64,000 nucleotides of DNA, from NCBI RefSeq assembly GCF_006345805.1, contig NC_043012.1:24056001-24120000 (forward strand), in the 5' to 3' direction. Below are positions 12,571 to 26,143 of the stretch, one piece after another; the stretch's first letter is position 1, and each line of letters begins with the position of its first letter. Below the pieces are notes generated by a model. It ran no database searches and was not told the origin of the DNA. It saw only the letters and a list, made by a program, of their open reading frames with translations. The DNA is from Octopus sinensis. Its lineage: Eukaryota. The translations under genes and the position numbers were made by a program.

Positions 12571-12576
<6 letters not shown>
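12498..12576. mobile_element. 79-bp hairpin / mini-MITE in a (TA)n tract
   Basis: Perfect 32-bp inverted arms (12498-12529 and 12545-12576) around a 15-bp loop, with TA repeats on both sides. Confidence 0.8.
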
Positions 12577-12613
<37 letters not shown>

Positions 12614-12785
12614 GTGCATATATGGTCGTGGTTGTGTAGTAAGAAACTTGCTTCCCAACCACAAGGTTCTGGGTTCAGTCCCACTGCTTGGCACCTTGAG
12701 CAAGTGTCTTCTACTATAGTCTCAGGCTGACCAAAGCCTTGTGAGTGAATTTGGTAGATGGAAGCTGAAAGAAGCTCATCGTGTG

Positions 12786-12827
<42 letters not shown>

Positions 12828-12900
12828 TATATCATTCGCCATGATAGATCGCTAGCCACTACACATTCTTTATTTTCTCTCATTGTTTCTTTCTGTGTTC

Positions 12901-12936
12901 CTTTCTGTGGAAGAGCATAGGCTCGAAACGTTAAAG
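12901..12936 (+). ncRNA. Minimal hammerhead-ribozyme-like motif (degenerate core CUGUGGA) in a Penelope-like terminal fragment
   Basis: cttt-CTGTGGA-A-GAGC-atag-GCTC-GAAA-CGTT-aaag. Stem I is CTTT/AAAG and stem II is GAGC/GCTC. Confidence 0.55.
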
Positions 12937-13039
12937 ACTTTTTCACTTCCCGAGCATTAAGTTAATACATCTGTTTGTTGTCTACATATATATCATATAC
13001 ATACCTGTTTGATCTGTAGAAAAGGCATTGAAATCGAAA

Positions 13040-13505
13040 TTGAACCAAATCCTATGACTCGCACTTGGCCATTGCCAGTGCTGCTGGACTGACTCCTGTG
13101 CAGGTGGCAAGTAAAGAAACACTGTTTCGACCCTGTGCTTGAGGAGACCTATTGAGTCAAGTACATCAAGATCAAAAAATCAATGGAAATTGTAGTTGTG
13201 ACCCCTGTGCTGGTGGCACGTAAAAAGCACCATCTGAACATGGCCGATGCCAGCACTGCCTTGACTGGTGGCATGTAAAAAGCACCAACTGATCATGGTC
13301 ATTGTTAGCCTCACCTGGCACCTGTGCCGGTAGCACGTAAAGAGCACCCACTACACTCATGGAGTGGTTGGCGTTAGGAAGGGCATCCAGCTGTAGAAAC
13401 ACTGCCAGATCAGACTGGGCCTGGTGCAGCCTCCTGGTTTCCCAGACCTTGGTCGTACCGTACAACCTATGCTAACATGGAAAACGGACGATGATGATGA
13501 TGATG
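13040..13505 (+). mobile_element. Retroposon family B 3' end (RTE-type (GAT)n tail) with internal tandem units
   Basis: Repeated gtgccggtggcacgtaaaaagcac-like units, then gagtggttggcgttaggaagggcatccagctgtagaaa...catggaaaacggacgatgatgat. Confidence 0.85.
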
Positions 13506-15040
13506 ATATATACATATGAAGAAAAAGAGATTAATAGACACACAGCCATGTTCTTCACGTGTGTGTGGAGGTGTAATGCTTTAATGCCATTATTTCTGTC
13601 CCCTCTCCCACTCACCACTTTTCAAATCTCTTAGAATTACTATTTTCTTCTCAAAATAACTGTTAGTGGCACATCACTCTTTTGATACTCATTACCTTCT
13701 CCTCTTCTGCCTCCTTCCTCATTCCTCACCATAATCTTGCTAATCCCAGTTTATTTCTCCCTGTATCACCTGCAAACATATCATCCCCCCACCCCCCCAC
13801 CAGCTAAGATTTCTCTCGACAACATCAGCCTTCTCTGTTTCCATGTAATATTTATTCTGCTGTTTGAACTCCCAGCATTGTTATCTGCCAACTTTGTGCA
13901 TTTCCTTCTTCACAATACTATAGATACGTCTGATCAAAGAACCATTGTAGTATTAGAGAGGGCAACAGTTTTAAAGTCCACAGATAACTAGGCAGCCTAA
14001 CATCCTCATATCTTTCCTCTTCTTCACAGCAACGAAATAGCTAAAAAGACCCGTCAGGCTGCCTCATGTTCCCAGTGGACAAAATGGAAAAAGTACGGGC
14101 TCACAGGATAGTGGAGATGTTCTAGAACAGTTACTCTGACACATGGGGCTTGCACTTGCAGATAGTCACCCCGCCTGCAATAGTAGTTAACAAATACTAT
14201 GCGCATCAAATGTATATGCCCATCATCAGCGACCTAACAGAAATTATTATGGTTTCGACATCTCAACATTACCTTTCAAGTCTTCTTCACATTATGTAGA
14301 GAAGAGTCATTCATTTGTTTTATCCTTTCTTCCTTTCTTAAATTTTGTATCAAAGGACTTAGCCTGTTTCATGAGCACGACACCTAACAGGTCCACATCA
14401 ACATTCTAACACTGTCAAAAATCCTCCATCATGACTGAATCAAACTCAAAACTGCTACTCCCTTTCATAATGTTCTTACTGGTCATTTGCTTCTTGGAAT
14501 TACTCACTTGATACACTCATAATCATTATTTACTCATGTAAATTCACTTTAATGACTACCTAACCTGAAATCAAGTTGGGAGTGGGGGTCATCTGGCACT
14601 ATGTCCTGTTTTGCAAGAAGCACTAATTGCTTATCCTTACCTGTATTCACCTGATGAAAATGGTTTTTTTTCTTGCATAATGTAACCTTGTGTTCATCAA
14701 TAAAGAACCCATTAGAAACAGCTGTACTGAACCACAATTCATCTGTTATAATTTATTCTTCACCTAAGTTGAAACCTTCCATATATGCAGAGCTGAAGTC
14801 TATACTCAAAGTGGAATACATACAGTGAGTGTACACCTGTATGACATTGATGACACATATATTCAGTCAGTTACTTGTGAATGCACAACTGGAAGGGCAA
14901 AGCCATAGTTACTTTACTAAGTCCATATAAGCTAGTATACATTGTCGGTACATAAATGCACTTTCCCTGATTCTACCTTCGTGCTTTTATTAATTTAAGT
15001 GCCTAATTCTTTCGAATCCTGAAAATTTATATATATATAT

Positions 15041-15377
15041 AGGAGTGGCTGTGTGGTAAGTTGCTTGCTTATGAGCCACATGGTTCCGGGTTCAGTCCCA
15101 CTGTGTGGCACCTTGGGCAAGTGTCTTCTACTATAGCCTCAGGCCGACCAAAGCCTTGTGAGTGGATTTGGTAGATGGAAACTGAAAGAAGTCCGTCATA
15201 TATATGTATGTGCGTGTCTGTGTTTGTCCCCCCAACATCGCTTGACAACCGATAGGAGCACGATAGAATAAGTACTAGGCTTACAATGAATAAGTCCTGG
15301 GGTCGATTTGCTCGACTAAAGGCGGTGCTCCAGCATGGCCGCAGTCAAATGACTGAAACAAGTAAAAGAGTAAAGAG

Positions 15378-15378
<1 letters not shown>
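15041..15378 (+). mobile_element. SINE family A
   Basis: Head ggagtggctgtgtggtaag through tail aagtaaaagagtaaagag, with an internal deletion. Confidence 0.9.
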
Positions 15379-15409
<31 letters not shown>

Positions 15410-15411
<2 letters not shown>

Positions 15412-15728
15412 GTGGACCCGTGGTTTACAAATGCCTCTCATCACAGACAAATCAGTTTACAAGCAAAGTTTTGAACATGAAACATTTCAGGTGATGAATG
15501 GTGTCTTGAGTAATGAATGCACAGACCACCAACAACGGTTGGTTCCAAGCTGGGAGTATCAGCAGGAGAGCATCAATTGGGATCTAGCTTTAACTCTGTG
15601 CATATTCCTGCTTGAATGCACCATGCCTTCTCTTGAAGTTCCAACGGGGAAATTAGTTTTGGCTTACAAACATTTCCGGTGAGAAATAGCCTTCAGGAAC
15701 AAATTAAATTTGTAAACCAAAGTTTCTC
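15410..15728. mobile_element. Decayed pogo/Tigger-like non-autonomous DNA transposon
   Basis: Left end CAGTGGACCCGTGGTTTACAAA and right end TTTGTAAACCAAAGTTTC form an imperfect TIR pair with a CAGT terminus. Confidence 0.55.
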
Positions 15729-15743
15729 TCTCTCTCTCTCTCT

Positions 15744-15781
<38 letters not shown>

Positions 15782-16502
15782 AGGGAGAGAGATAAAGAGA
15801 GAAGAATAGGCAGAAATGTGGAGATGAAGTGCCAACATTTCAGACAGAGTCCTATTTTTTTAAGGTGTGATAGAAAAGAGATTGGGTGGGGTGGAAGAGT
15901 GTTAAATTATTTTTATAACTATTAACAAAGTTGGATGAGTAGAGTCGTTATTTGTTGTTAGAAAAGTCATGCCGGGGTAGGTGATTACACCAACACATGT
16001 CTGCTTGGGCTGGATACAAAGTCTGTTATCATGGAGACATCGTATGCAATTTCGAGGTGTAACTAAATTTAACAAATTTTACAACTAAATATTGACATAT
16101 TTCCTAAATATGTATATTGAATAAAATTATATATAATATAATAATTTAGCTTAGCTTTCATCTCACAGAAGTCATATGTAATATAATTATTTAGTTTAAG
16201 CTTTCATCTCATGGAATGACAACGCTTGCCCCCTCATTGTGACTCCTTCATATAAACTTCTGCTACTCGGACTGAATTCAGACCTTGTCGTCACAAAGTC
16301 TGTCTATCATAGAGACATCATATACTATTTGCCTGGTATAACTAAATCTCAACATATTTTTGAAATACATATACGAAATGAAATTATGTATATACTATAA
16401 TTGTCTCTCTATCTTCAATTTTGCCACTGTGTGTGTGTGTGTGTGTATGCATGCTTGTTCTCTATATGAGCATATGGATACCTGTCTTTAGATATATTTC
16501 TA

Positions 16503-16549
<47 letters not shown>

Positions 16550-18504
16550 GAGAGAGAGAGAGACAAACTATAAATAAATATATATATATATATATACATA
16601 TATGGACACACATACATATAGAAAGAGAGACAGCAGTGTGTGAGCATACAAATATACATTGCATTCTTGGAAGAAAACCAGGAAGAAAATCTTCATCAGA
16701 ATGACTAAATAATTTCTTACGTAATCTAGTGAAAATTCATTGGAGCAAATCGTAATAGTGGATTGAAAAATTGCATTTAACAAGACAGAAAGTGTTGGGA
16801 AAAGACAAGGGAATTCTATGGAATCATAATGGAGAGAACAGAGAAAAATCAGAAGAAGAGAGAAAACGAAGGGTGGGAAAATTTCAAGAAAGTTGTGTAA
16901 TTTTACTATGATACTGAAAGGGAGGAGGAAGAGGAGGAGGAAGAGAGGAAGGAAGGTGGTCGATGATATTTGGTAAAGAATAAGCAAGATTAAATTACAT
17001 ATGGATGAAAGGGAAAGTTCATAAAGGCATCGTTTATTGTTCTTATGATTCTTCTGCAACAAGAGGCAAACACATTCATGAAGAACATGGCACCCCAATG
17101 GGTAGTATGGGTCAATCAATATTTGAATAAAAGCTGCCCACTAGTCAGGGATATTTCCGTGACAACCAGCAGGAAGATTTTTATTGTGATATCAAGTCTC
17201 TGTAAGAAGAAACCTTCTTCGCTTTGCTCTAAACTTAAGAAACTCCAGTACAATGGATTCTTTTTATTTTTATTTATTATTTTTTTTTGCCATATTTTTT
17301 GGTTGTTTTCTGGTGATAATTAGACAGAAGCCTGAAGAGAAAAAGAGGAGGGGAGGGCAGACAACATTGTCACAGCCAATCAAAACTGTCCTTTTATTAT
17401 CTTCTATGCCTTCTTTATTTTATTTCTTCATTTCAAATGGCATCTAAATGTGTTTTTTTTTTTTTGCCTTCTTTCTCCACTCATGTAAGAATCACTCACC
17501 TACCTCTTTCAACCATCCACCCACATACCTGTCTTCTCTCTCTCTCTTATAACCTGTAAAAATAAAAAGAAACTAAAACGTGTCTGTGCTTCTAATTTAT
17601 TTACAAGAAATATTCCTAACTAAACATAATGGATCATAAAGTAATTAAGTGAAGGTTCTTTCTATGTAAAATGGATAAATTGTTTTATCTTTTCACATTC
17701 AGACACTTGGGGGTCAGCGTTATGGCTGTTGTTTGTATATTTTCTTTTATTCCAATATTTATGTAGTTGTTGTGGATTTGTTGATGGTGTATCAAATCAA
17801 ATAATAAACTTACTGAAATACTTTAATTAGAAATTACTTACATTTATAGTTACAGACAAGGTTGTGTGGTTCAGAAGTGCTCTTTGCAAACCACAGGATT
17901 CTGGGTTCAGTCCCAGTTCATGGCAAAGTTTCTTCTACTACAGCCGCAGGCCAAGCAATGCCTTCAGAGATAGATACCATTTTATGTGTATGTGGTTGTG
18001 TGTGTGTGTCTCCACACTATATGTTAACTAGTGTTGGTTTGTTTACATCCCTGTAACTTAGTGGATTGGAGAAATGAACAACTAGAATACGTACCAGACT
18101 TAAAAGATTATGTACAGTGGGGACGGGGTAGGGGTCGATTTGTTTGATTAAACCCTTCAGAGCAGTGCTCCAGCATGGCTGCAGTCCAATGATTGAAACA
18201 TGCAAAAAGTAAAAGAGAAACTCACAAAAAGGCAAAAGTTAATATTTGAATAAGAGGCAAAAAACTTAAGAGCAATTGCAGACATGTATCATTTGTCTCC
18301 AGCAGATAAATTTCCTACTACCTCCACCCAAGAGGCGGTACCACCCACATTAAGAAACAGAACTTTAGAGTAGGGCACCCCAACCATTCGCATGTAGACT
18401 GGTATCAAGCCATGGGTCATTTGGTTTTGAGTCACACAGAAAGAATAAACTAAAAAATTTTTTTTCTAGTTTATTGATAATTGCAGTCTGTAGGTGGGTT
18501 TTAT

Positions 18505-18925
18505 ATATATATATATTATATATATATATATATATGTTATATATTTATATAGTAACATATATATATATTATATATATATATATATATTTATATATGTAAC
18601 ATATATATATATATTTATATGTAACATATATATATATATATATTTATATATGTAACATATATATATATTATATATTTATATGTAACATATATATATTATA
18701 TATTATATATGTAACATATATATTATATATATATATATATATATATTATATATTTATATATGTAACATATATATATATATATTATATATATATTTATATA
18801 GTAACATATATATATATATTATATATTTATAATGTAACATATATATATATATATATTATATATTTATATATGTAACATATATATATATATATTTTATATA
18901 TTTATATATGTAACATATATATATG
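18505..18925. repeat. TA-based minisatellite with recurrent GTAACATATA core (~11 copies)
   Basis: (TA)n is interrupted periodically by ...TTTATATATGTAACATATA.... Confidence 0.9.
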
Positions 18926-19076
18926 AAAATTGCAGACATAGTGCTGAAAATTGAAGCCAATATATTCAACTGTTGTATTGGTCGTGTTTGAAGGATGGGG
19001 CAAAATATTAGCTGGCTTGGAAACAAGGAATGGTTGGCATCAGGTAGGGCATCCAACGGAAGAAAACCAGCCTTAA

Positions 19077-19298
19077 CCCTTTTGTTACTATATTTCTTTT
19101 GAGATGCTCTGTGTTTCCTTCAATTAATTCTAAATATAACAAAGAATTTAGTAAAATAACTTAGTTATCGTTAAGCTAGGGTTAGGAACATAAATTGTGA
19201 CTAGGGTTTGGTGGAAGATTTTGATTCAAAACTTTCAAAAACAAGATATTTGTACTATAGAGCTAGAGGCGGTTTCAGGCGGGTTGGTAACGAAAGGA
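19077..19298. mobile_element. piggyBac-type MITE, family P1
   Basis: TTAA|CCCTTTTGTTAC...GTAACGAAAGGA|TTA. Same body as the copies at 51856 and 54157. Confidence 0.8.
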
Positions 19299-19606
19299 TT
19301 AGAAAATCTCATTTGACCTCATGTGACCATGGAAAAGGGGACATTAAAAAGAGAGAATGATATGATGGCCAACCATATAGTTGTCATCTATCAAATTCAC
19401 ACTCAAAGTGTTAGTGTTTGTGAGGCTAAGGTGGAAGACTATTACCTCACCATATGATGGTTGCAAAGTGGTTGCACGGCTACACCTGTGCATTCTTAAC
19501 CACATAACCAAACCTGGTATAACAATCTTTCAAAGCATAGATAAATATGTTATGTGTGTTGGGTAGATGAAATGATGAATGAGGGGTGGGGTCAGGAAAG
19601 AAAGAA

Positions 19607-20360
19607 GGATGGATGGATGGATAATTAGACACATAGTGGGATGGATAGATAGATGGAGGGAGGGAGGGATAATTAGACAAATAGAGGGATGGATAGATAG
19701 ATGGATGGAGGGAGGGATAATTAGACACATAGAGGGATGGATAGATAGATGGATGGAGAGAGGGAGGGATAATTAGACACATAGAGGGATAGATAGATAG
19801 ATGGAGGGAGGGAGGGAGGGATAATTAGACACATAGAGGGATGGATAGATAGATGGATGGATGGAGGGAGGGATAATTAGACACATAGAGGGATAGATAG
19901 ATAGATGGAGGGAGGGAGGGATAATTAGACACATAGAGGGATGGATGGATAGATGGAGGGAGGGATAATTAGACACATAGAGGGATGGATAGATAGATGG
20001 AGGGAGGGAGGGATAATTAGACACATAGAGGGATGGATAGATGGATGGATGGATGGAGGGAAGGAGGGAGGGATAATTAGACACATAGAGGGATGGATAT
20101 ATAGATGGATGGAGGGAGGGAGGGATAATTAGACACATAGAGGGATAGATATATAGATGGAGGGAGGGAGGGATAATTAGACACAGAGGGATGGATAGAT
20201 AGATGGATGGATGGAGGGAGGGATGGAGGGAGGGATAATTAGACACATAGAGGGATGGATAGATAGATGGATGGATGGAGGAAGGGAGGGATAATTAGAC
20301 ACATAGAGGGATGGATAGATAGATGGACGGATAATTAGACACAGAGGGTTGGATAGATAG
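19607..20360. repeat. Purine-rich minisatellite, 15 copies of a GGGATAATTAGACACATAGAG core with variable GGAT/AGAT/GGGA spacers (~40-60 bp units)
   Basis: ATAATTAGAC cores counted directly. Confidence 0.95.
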
Positions 20361-20435
20361 CTAGGTTGATGAAGATGATACTGAATGCTGTACACCATAA
20401 CTTTCAAATTTCAAATTTCTTTTGTAAACAAACAG

Positions 20436-20534
20436 CGGAAGAAATGCACTCCATACAAGAGGCAGAGTATTATAGCACCAACCTGTCCGATTCCAGCTAA
20501 CCAAATCAATACATATCAATCAGCAGCAGCAGAG
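20436..20534 (+). CDS. Candidate phase-0/0 exon, RKKCTPYKRQSIIAPTCPIPANQINTYQSAAAE; product unknown
   Basis: tttcttttgtaaacaaacag| acceptor, 33 open codons and a GAG|GTATCA donor, in unique sequence. Confidence 0.4.
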
Positions 20535-22933
20535 GTATCATCATTTTAATGTCCACATGTCTATGCTTGCATGGGTCAGATGGAGTTATTGAGGTAGATA
20601 TTCTATGACTGGATGCCCATTCTATTGGGCACCCTCACCTGTTTTCAAGTGAAGTAATATTTCTCCATTGCCAGATACGTTGTTGCAGGATATTGGAAAT
20701 GAAACATACAAACAACAAGCTTCCTTCAGTTTCCAACAACTTAATCCATTCAGAAGGCTTTGGTTGACCCAAGACTATGACAGAAGACACTTGCCCAAGG
20801 TGGCATGCAATGGGACTGAACCTGGAACCGTGTGGTTGAGATTTTCCTTCTCAATCGACATATAAAATCAGGCCCAACAAAAATATAATGTTGCAGGAAT
20901 ATTGGTAAAATAAACTAGAAAATCCACTTTATTCTACAAATGGTAGCGAAGGACAACCAAAAGATCCCTAAAATTTAACAAAGTCATTTCCTTTTAAAAT
21001 ACTCAAAGATATTTGGCACCAATTCAAAATCAACAATATAAGATAGTTAAGAAAATATTGGCATTTGGTAGGACATTATTCCAAAGATAAATAAGGTTTT
21101 TCGGTTTTTTTAAATAGAAAATGAGTTGAATATTATATATCTGTATGGAAGAGAGAAAATTTAATAGAATATTTTTTAAAATATTTCTAATTATAATCAA
21201 AAATGCATTTTTTCGTTTCTCGATTTAAGTTGAATTATGTTTGTTAAAAAATACAAACAAACATCATAACATTACAGTAAACAAACGAGGCTGTACAATA
21301 AAATGCTATGACTACTAGTAAAGTATATATATATATATATATATACATACACATACACACCTATCAATATGTCTACAAACACATATACACATACATATAT
21401 ATCTATTCACATACATACATTTATATCTATACACACACACACATATGTATATATCTACACACACACACACATATGTATATATCTACACACACAATTATAT
21501 ATATAATATACATTAGTCAAAGAACATAACCAGTATTTAGAAAATATAAAACCGAAATCTAACAAAACCAAGATTCTACTGTAGAACATTGCACCATAGA
21601 TATATTAATAATAATTTAGAATCTATGATGGTACCAGACTTCTTATGGAAGCTGAAGTATATTCTAAGCATATATAATGGTGAAGCAAAAGACAATTGTG
21701 AATATAAAACTCAATTGGCTTTTTGCAAAACAATACAAATACGCAGAGGAGTAGAACTACATTTTTACCATTTTTATTCTGCCATATCAGCAAAAGACTG
21801 AACTGACAAGAGAGAAAGAGAGAGAGAAGAGAGAGAGAGAAAGAGAGAGAGAGATAGTAATCAATGCGTTGATGTTTTTTTTCTGAAAATTCCTTTTTTT
21901 TCTTTCCTTTTTCTTTATCATAATATTTTCAGCATAATATATATATATATATATATATATTTTTCCTTCTTCTTCGTCGTCGTCTTCTTCTTCTTCTTCT
22001 TCAGCCCAACTACTTTGTCAAACAACATCCCTTCTCAATGCCTGTCAATGTAACAGCAGAACACTTACCCCCCCACCCCCTTCCACCCAATATTAAGATC
22101 GCATATGACTAAATCTCTGCAAGCAATGCAATTAGTTCTTCTTGCACGGTTCTTTCAACAAAATCACTTCTGAAGTGTTACTGGGTACAATTTCGATGTC
22201 TGAGTTTTCTTTTCCTTATTTCTTTTTTTTTTTTTTTTTTTCCCCCCTTCTATTATTGTGGCCTGCTGGTTTTGTCCTCACCGAAAACTGGTTGATAACC
22301 AAATTGGAGGTGTCCATTATATAACAGAGCTATCTTAGCTATACAAGAAATGAAAGCAATCTTCATCATTTGTAGTCATTTCTTCTCCTTCCTTTCTTTC
22401 TTTCTTATGATCTCCAGATGTCGCATTCTTAGTTTTCTGCATCCAAAGACTATGGCGCCAACTATGCAACATGGGAATTTTTGGTTGCCTTCATTCGTGC
22501 AGTATTCTTCAAATTCTATTTATTTCACTACTGATACTCTCAAACTTGTGTTCCTATGGCAGTGGGAAGGAAAGACGGGGGAGGGGGGAGGAGAGGGGGG
22601 GAAATTGGTGGAAGGAGTAAGAATTTATAACAAAGAACAAGCCAATCAAACAAGTATTTCTTTAAAATAATTTATTTACTTATTTCTATGCTTATTTATT
22701 TGCTTTATACGTTAGTTTATTTTTACCAAATTCTTTTGTGGTTACAAATTTGTTTTGTTTCTCTCCGACAGCATATAGATTTTGTTCAAAAACTCACACA
22801 GTTCTTTTACATTATCCTGTTTGTTTACATATACAGCAGCAGCATTTTTTCCAAGACCAGTTTACAAAACAAAGATGGATTGGAAACCAAGAGAAAGAAG
22901 AAACCAGATAATAATAATGATAACAACAACAAC

Positions 22934-22991
<58 letters not shown>

Positions 22992-23919
22992 GGACCGAGT
23001 GTCAGTCTTAGCAAGCCAACCATACATTGAAGAGAGCTCTGTGTATTTGTAAAAGATTGATAGCAAAACAATGCCATGAAACACAAGGAATTGTAATAGA
23101 AAGAAAGAAGCAAGTCAGGGTGGATTGAGAATTAGAAGATACAGTATCTTTAATAAGGATTCTCAGATCATGTGATTGGGTACCATGTCTTTATGGAAAT
23201 GGTTTCCATTTCAGATATTTCAAGCCGGTAAATAGTTTAGAGTTCCTCTCTCTCTTGTATTTATATACCAATAAGAACATTTGACAACTGAACAAAGAAC
23301 CTATAATCTATAGGTTACCTTGAATTAAAAAAAAAAAATCTTGATCAAAAAAATTTTTAATGTAAGCCCAGGATGGGTGGCTCTCGGTATGAACCTAAAT
23401 AATTAAACCAACTTGAGTTTATTGTACCAAGAAGAATGAAAGACCAAGCTGACTTTGGTGGGATTTGAAATCCCCCCTTTCCTCCTCATCATCATCATTT
23501 TTATGCCTGTGTTCCATGCTGGCATGGGTTAGATGGTTTGGTAGGATCCAATAGGTTCGAGGACAGCACCAAGTTCCAGTCACCTGCTTTGACATGGTTT
23601 CTATGGTAGGATGCACTTCCTAACACCAACAACTTTTCCAGCATACACTGGGAGCATTTTGCATGTCACTGGCATTGATGAGGCTACTATGCAGCCTGTA
23701 AGAGTGTAAAGAGCCAGGAAAAATACTACAAGGAATTTTCTCCTAACAATTTTACCAATTTCCTTCTCTAGAAAGTAAAATCATCATCATCATTAACCTT
23801 CCATTTTCTATGCTGGCATGAATTGGAAAACCTGTATCAGGACAATTACCCCCAACGACAACTACACACTAGGACAATTAACCCCCATCTCCCGTTAATT
23901 ACCCCTCTCCAATATTTCA

Positions 23920-24197
23920 AGAAATCGTCGCTTCACTGGCACCTGTTCCGGTGGCACGTGTAAAAAGATTCAAGCGAGGTTGTTGCCAGTGCCGCCTGAC
24001 TGGCCCTCGTGCTGGTGGCACATAAAAAGCACCCACTACACACATGGAGTGGTTGGCATTAGGAAGGGCATCCAGTTGTAGAAACTCTGCCAGATCAAGA
24101 TTGGAGCCTGATGCAGCCATCTGACTCACCAGCCCTCAGTCAAAGTCGTCCAACCCATGCTAGCATGGAAAGCGGATGTTAAATGATGATGATGATG
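23920..24197 (+). mobile_element. Retroposon family B 3' end inserted into an older repeat
   Basis: Family B sequence with a (GAT)n tail. Its flanks join up to match the uninterrupted copy at about 26010-26250. Confidence 0.8.
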
Positions 24198-26143
24198 TCC
24201 TTGGGGTGGGGAGTATTATATGTCCTAGATTAGGAAAACCAGAGGGCAGTGCCAAACCCCAATATCTGTTTTGGCATGGTTTCTATAGTATCTGGATGTC
24301 TGTTCCGTATATCAACAACTTTACAGAGTGAACCAACATAGCACCAACATTAACAAGGTCATCAAGTAACTCACAAGATAAGACCCCATTAATAATAGTT
24401 AATCAGGGTGGATGTTATTAATCCACCTTGATTACATTAGTGGATTGGTACAATTATTAGAGCTTTAAGGAAAATTTCTTGCAGTATTTGTTCTGGTCCT
24501 TTGTGTTTCTCAGTTTAAATCTCTTCCAGATCAACTTTGGTTTTCACATCTCCAGGATTGATAAAATACACAAAGAAACAAGAATAGGGATCAACTTCAC
24601 CAACTAACCTCCTCCGACCAATTTCAGATGTTGTACTTCTACTAGAAATAATTTTTATCATTTTTTCCAGCAAACACGTTGATGAAATATATAATGTTGT
24701 GTGTAAACAATCAAAGATCATCACAATTTTTCCAAAATCTGCTGCATTTCGCATGGTATTTTTGGGTCTTTAAAATTGTCTTGGTGTATAAGTTAACCTC
24801 GCATTTTGGAGGGCTGCAAATTTTGGTCTGAAAATATGGTATTTATTAATCAAATAAGAAGAATAAGCAGCCATAACTTAGGACCTTTGTAAGCCATTGT
24901 CCCAGATCAGAGAGATGGATATGGTTGATGTCGAGTTAAAACTCTCTGGGTATATGAGGAAGAGAGGAATTGAAGGACTGCTGGCAGGTTACATGGGTGG
25001 ATGGATAAACAGTGAGGGTTGGTGACAGGAAGAGCATCCAAGGGTAGAAAATCTGTTTCAATAACCTGCATCTACACATGCAAGAGAAGCAAAATAGATG
25101 TTCAAACAATGATGGCAGTGTAGATGAAGAAGAAGGAAGTGATGTGCCACATTCCATTGCCATATAATGTTAGCACCTTGCTAGACATGTCTGAAGTTAA
25201 CCGTTGGAACATTACATAGAACCAATCAGCTAAGGTTGTATTTATAGGGATGCTGATACGGTGCTAAAATGGTTTCAAAATATAAGTGAATGAATCTATG
25301 TGAATCTAATTATTATGCCAAAAGAAAACCCACTTGTCTTACACAAGGATTACAACATGTCTGTCCCTGCTAAATTCCAACAAAAATTGCAATTTACAGA
25401 AACAGCAAACATGACACTAATAAGAAAGAAAGCCAAACAAACAAACAAATAAATAAATAAATATATAAAATAACACCACCACAACCACCGCCACCACCAA
25501 AAATTTATTGATATCAGAGAAGTGTTGAAATAATAAATTTAAATATTGAAATACACACACTGGATACAGAAGGGATTATGATCCAAGCTGTGTCCTTGTG
25601 TAGCAAATCTGTGTGTTCATCATCATCATCATCATTTAACGTCCGCTTTCCACGCTAGCATGGGTTGGACGATTTGACTGAGGACTCTGGTTATCAATTC
25701 TGAGTATGAAGATGTTTTATTTTAAATGATAAAATCATACAAACTGAAATTTCTGGTCAAGTATATCATCAGCTGAGCAAGGATTTATTACAAAATGGAC
25801 TTGAATTTATAGTAGCATTTTCATTTCAATACAACATGGGAAACATGTTTTATGGCAAGCTGGCACAAACCGTTAGCCCACATAGCGACATGTTGTCTGT
25901 CCTTATTTTCTGAGTTCAAATGCTGCTAAGGTCAACTTTACCCTTCATCCTTTTGGGGTCAATAAAATAAGTACCAATTAGAGGTTGATTGATGTAATCA
26001 ACTGTCCTTCTTTTCTATGCTGGCATGAGTTGGAATTTATAAGAGGAGCTGAAAAACCTGTATCAGGACAACAATTACACCCCCACCCCCACCGGCCTGG
26101 TTAATTACCCCCTCTCCAATATTTTAAGAAATTTTAGATGACC

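Noticed and set aside
16568-17323. 183-aa hydrophobic ORF as a membrane protein, plus the overlapping + strand ORF
   Set aside because: It is the antisense of a purine-rich tract, which biases toward L/F/S and avoids stops. It has no motif, and several frames are equally plausible.
21980-22670. Several exon-like readings on both strands
   Set aside because: They are mutually exclusive frames next to pyrimidine microsatellites that mimic acceptors. I have no way to choose among them.
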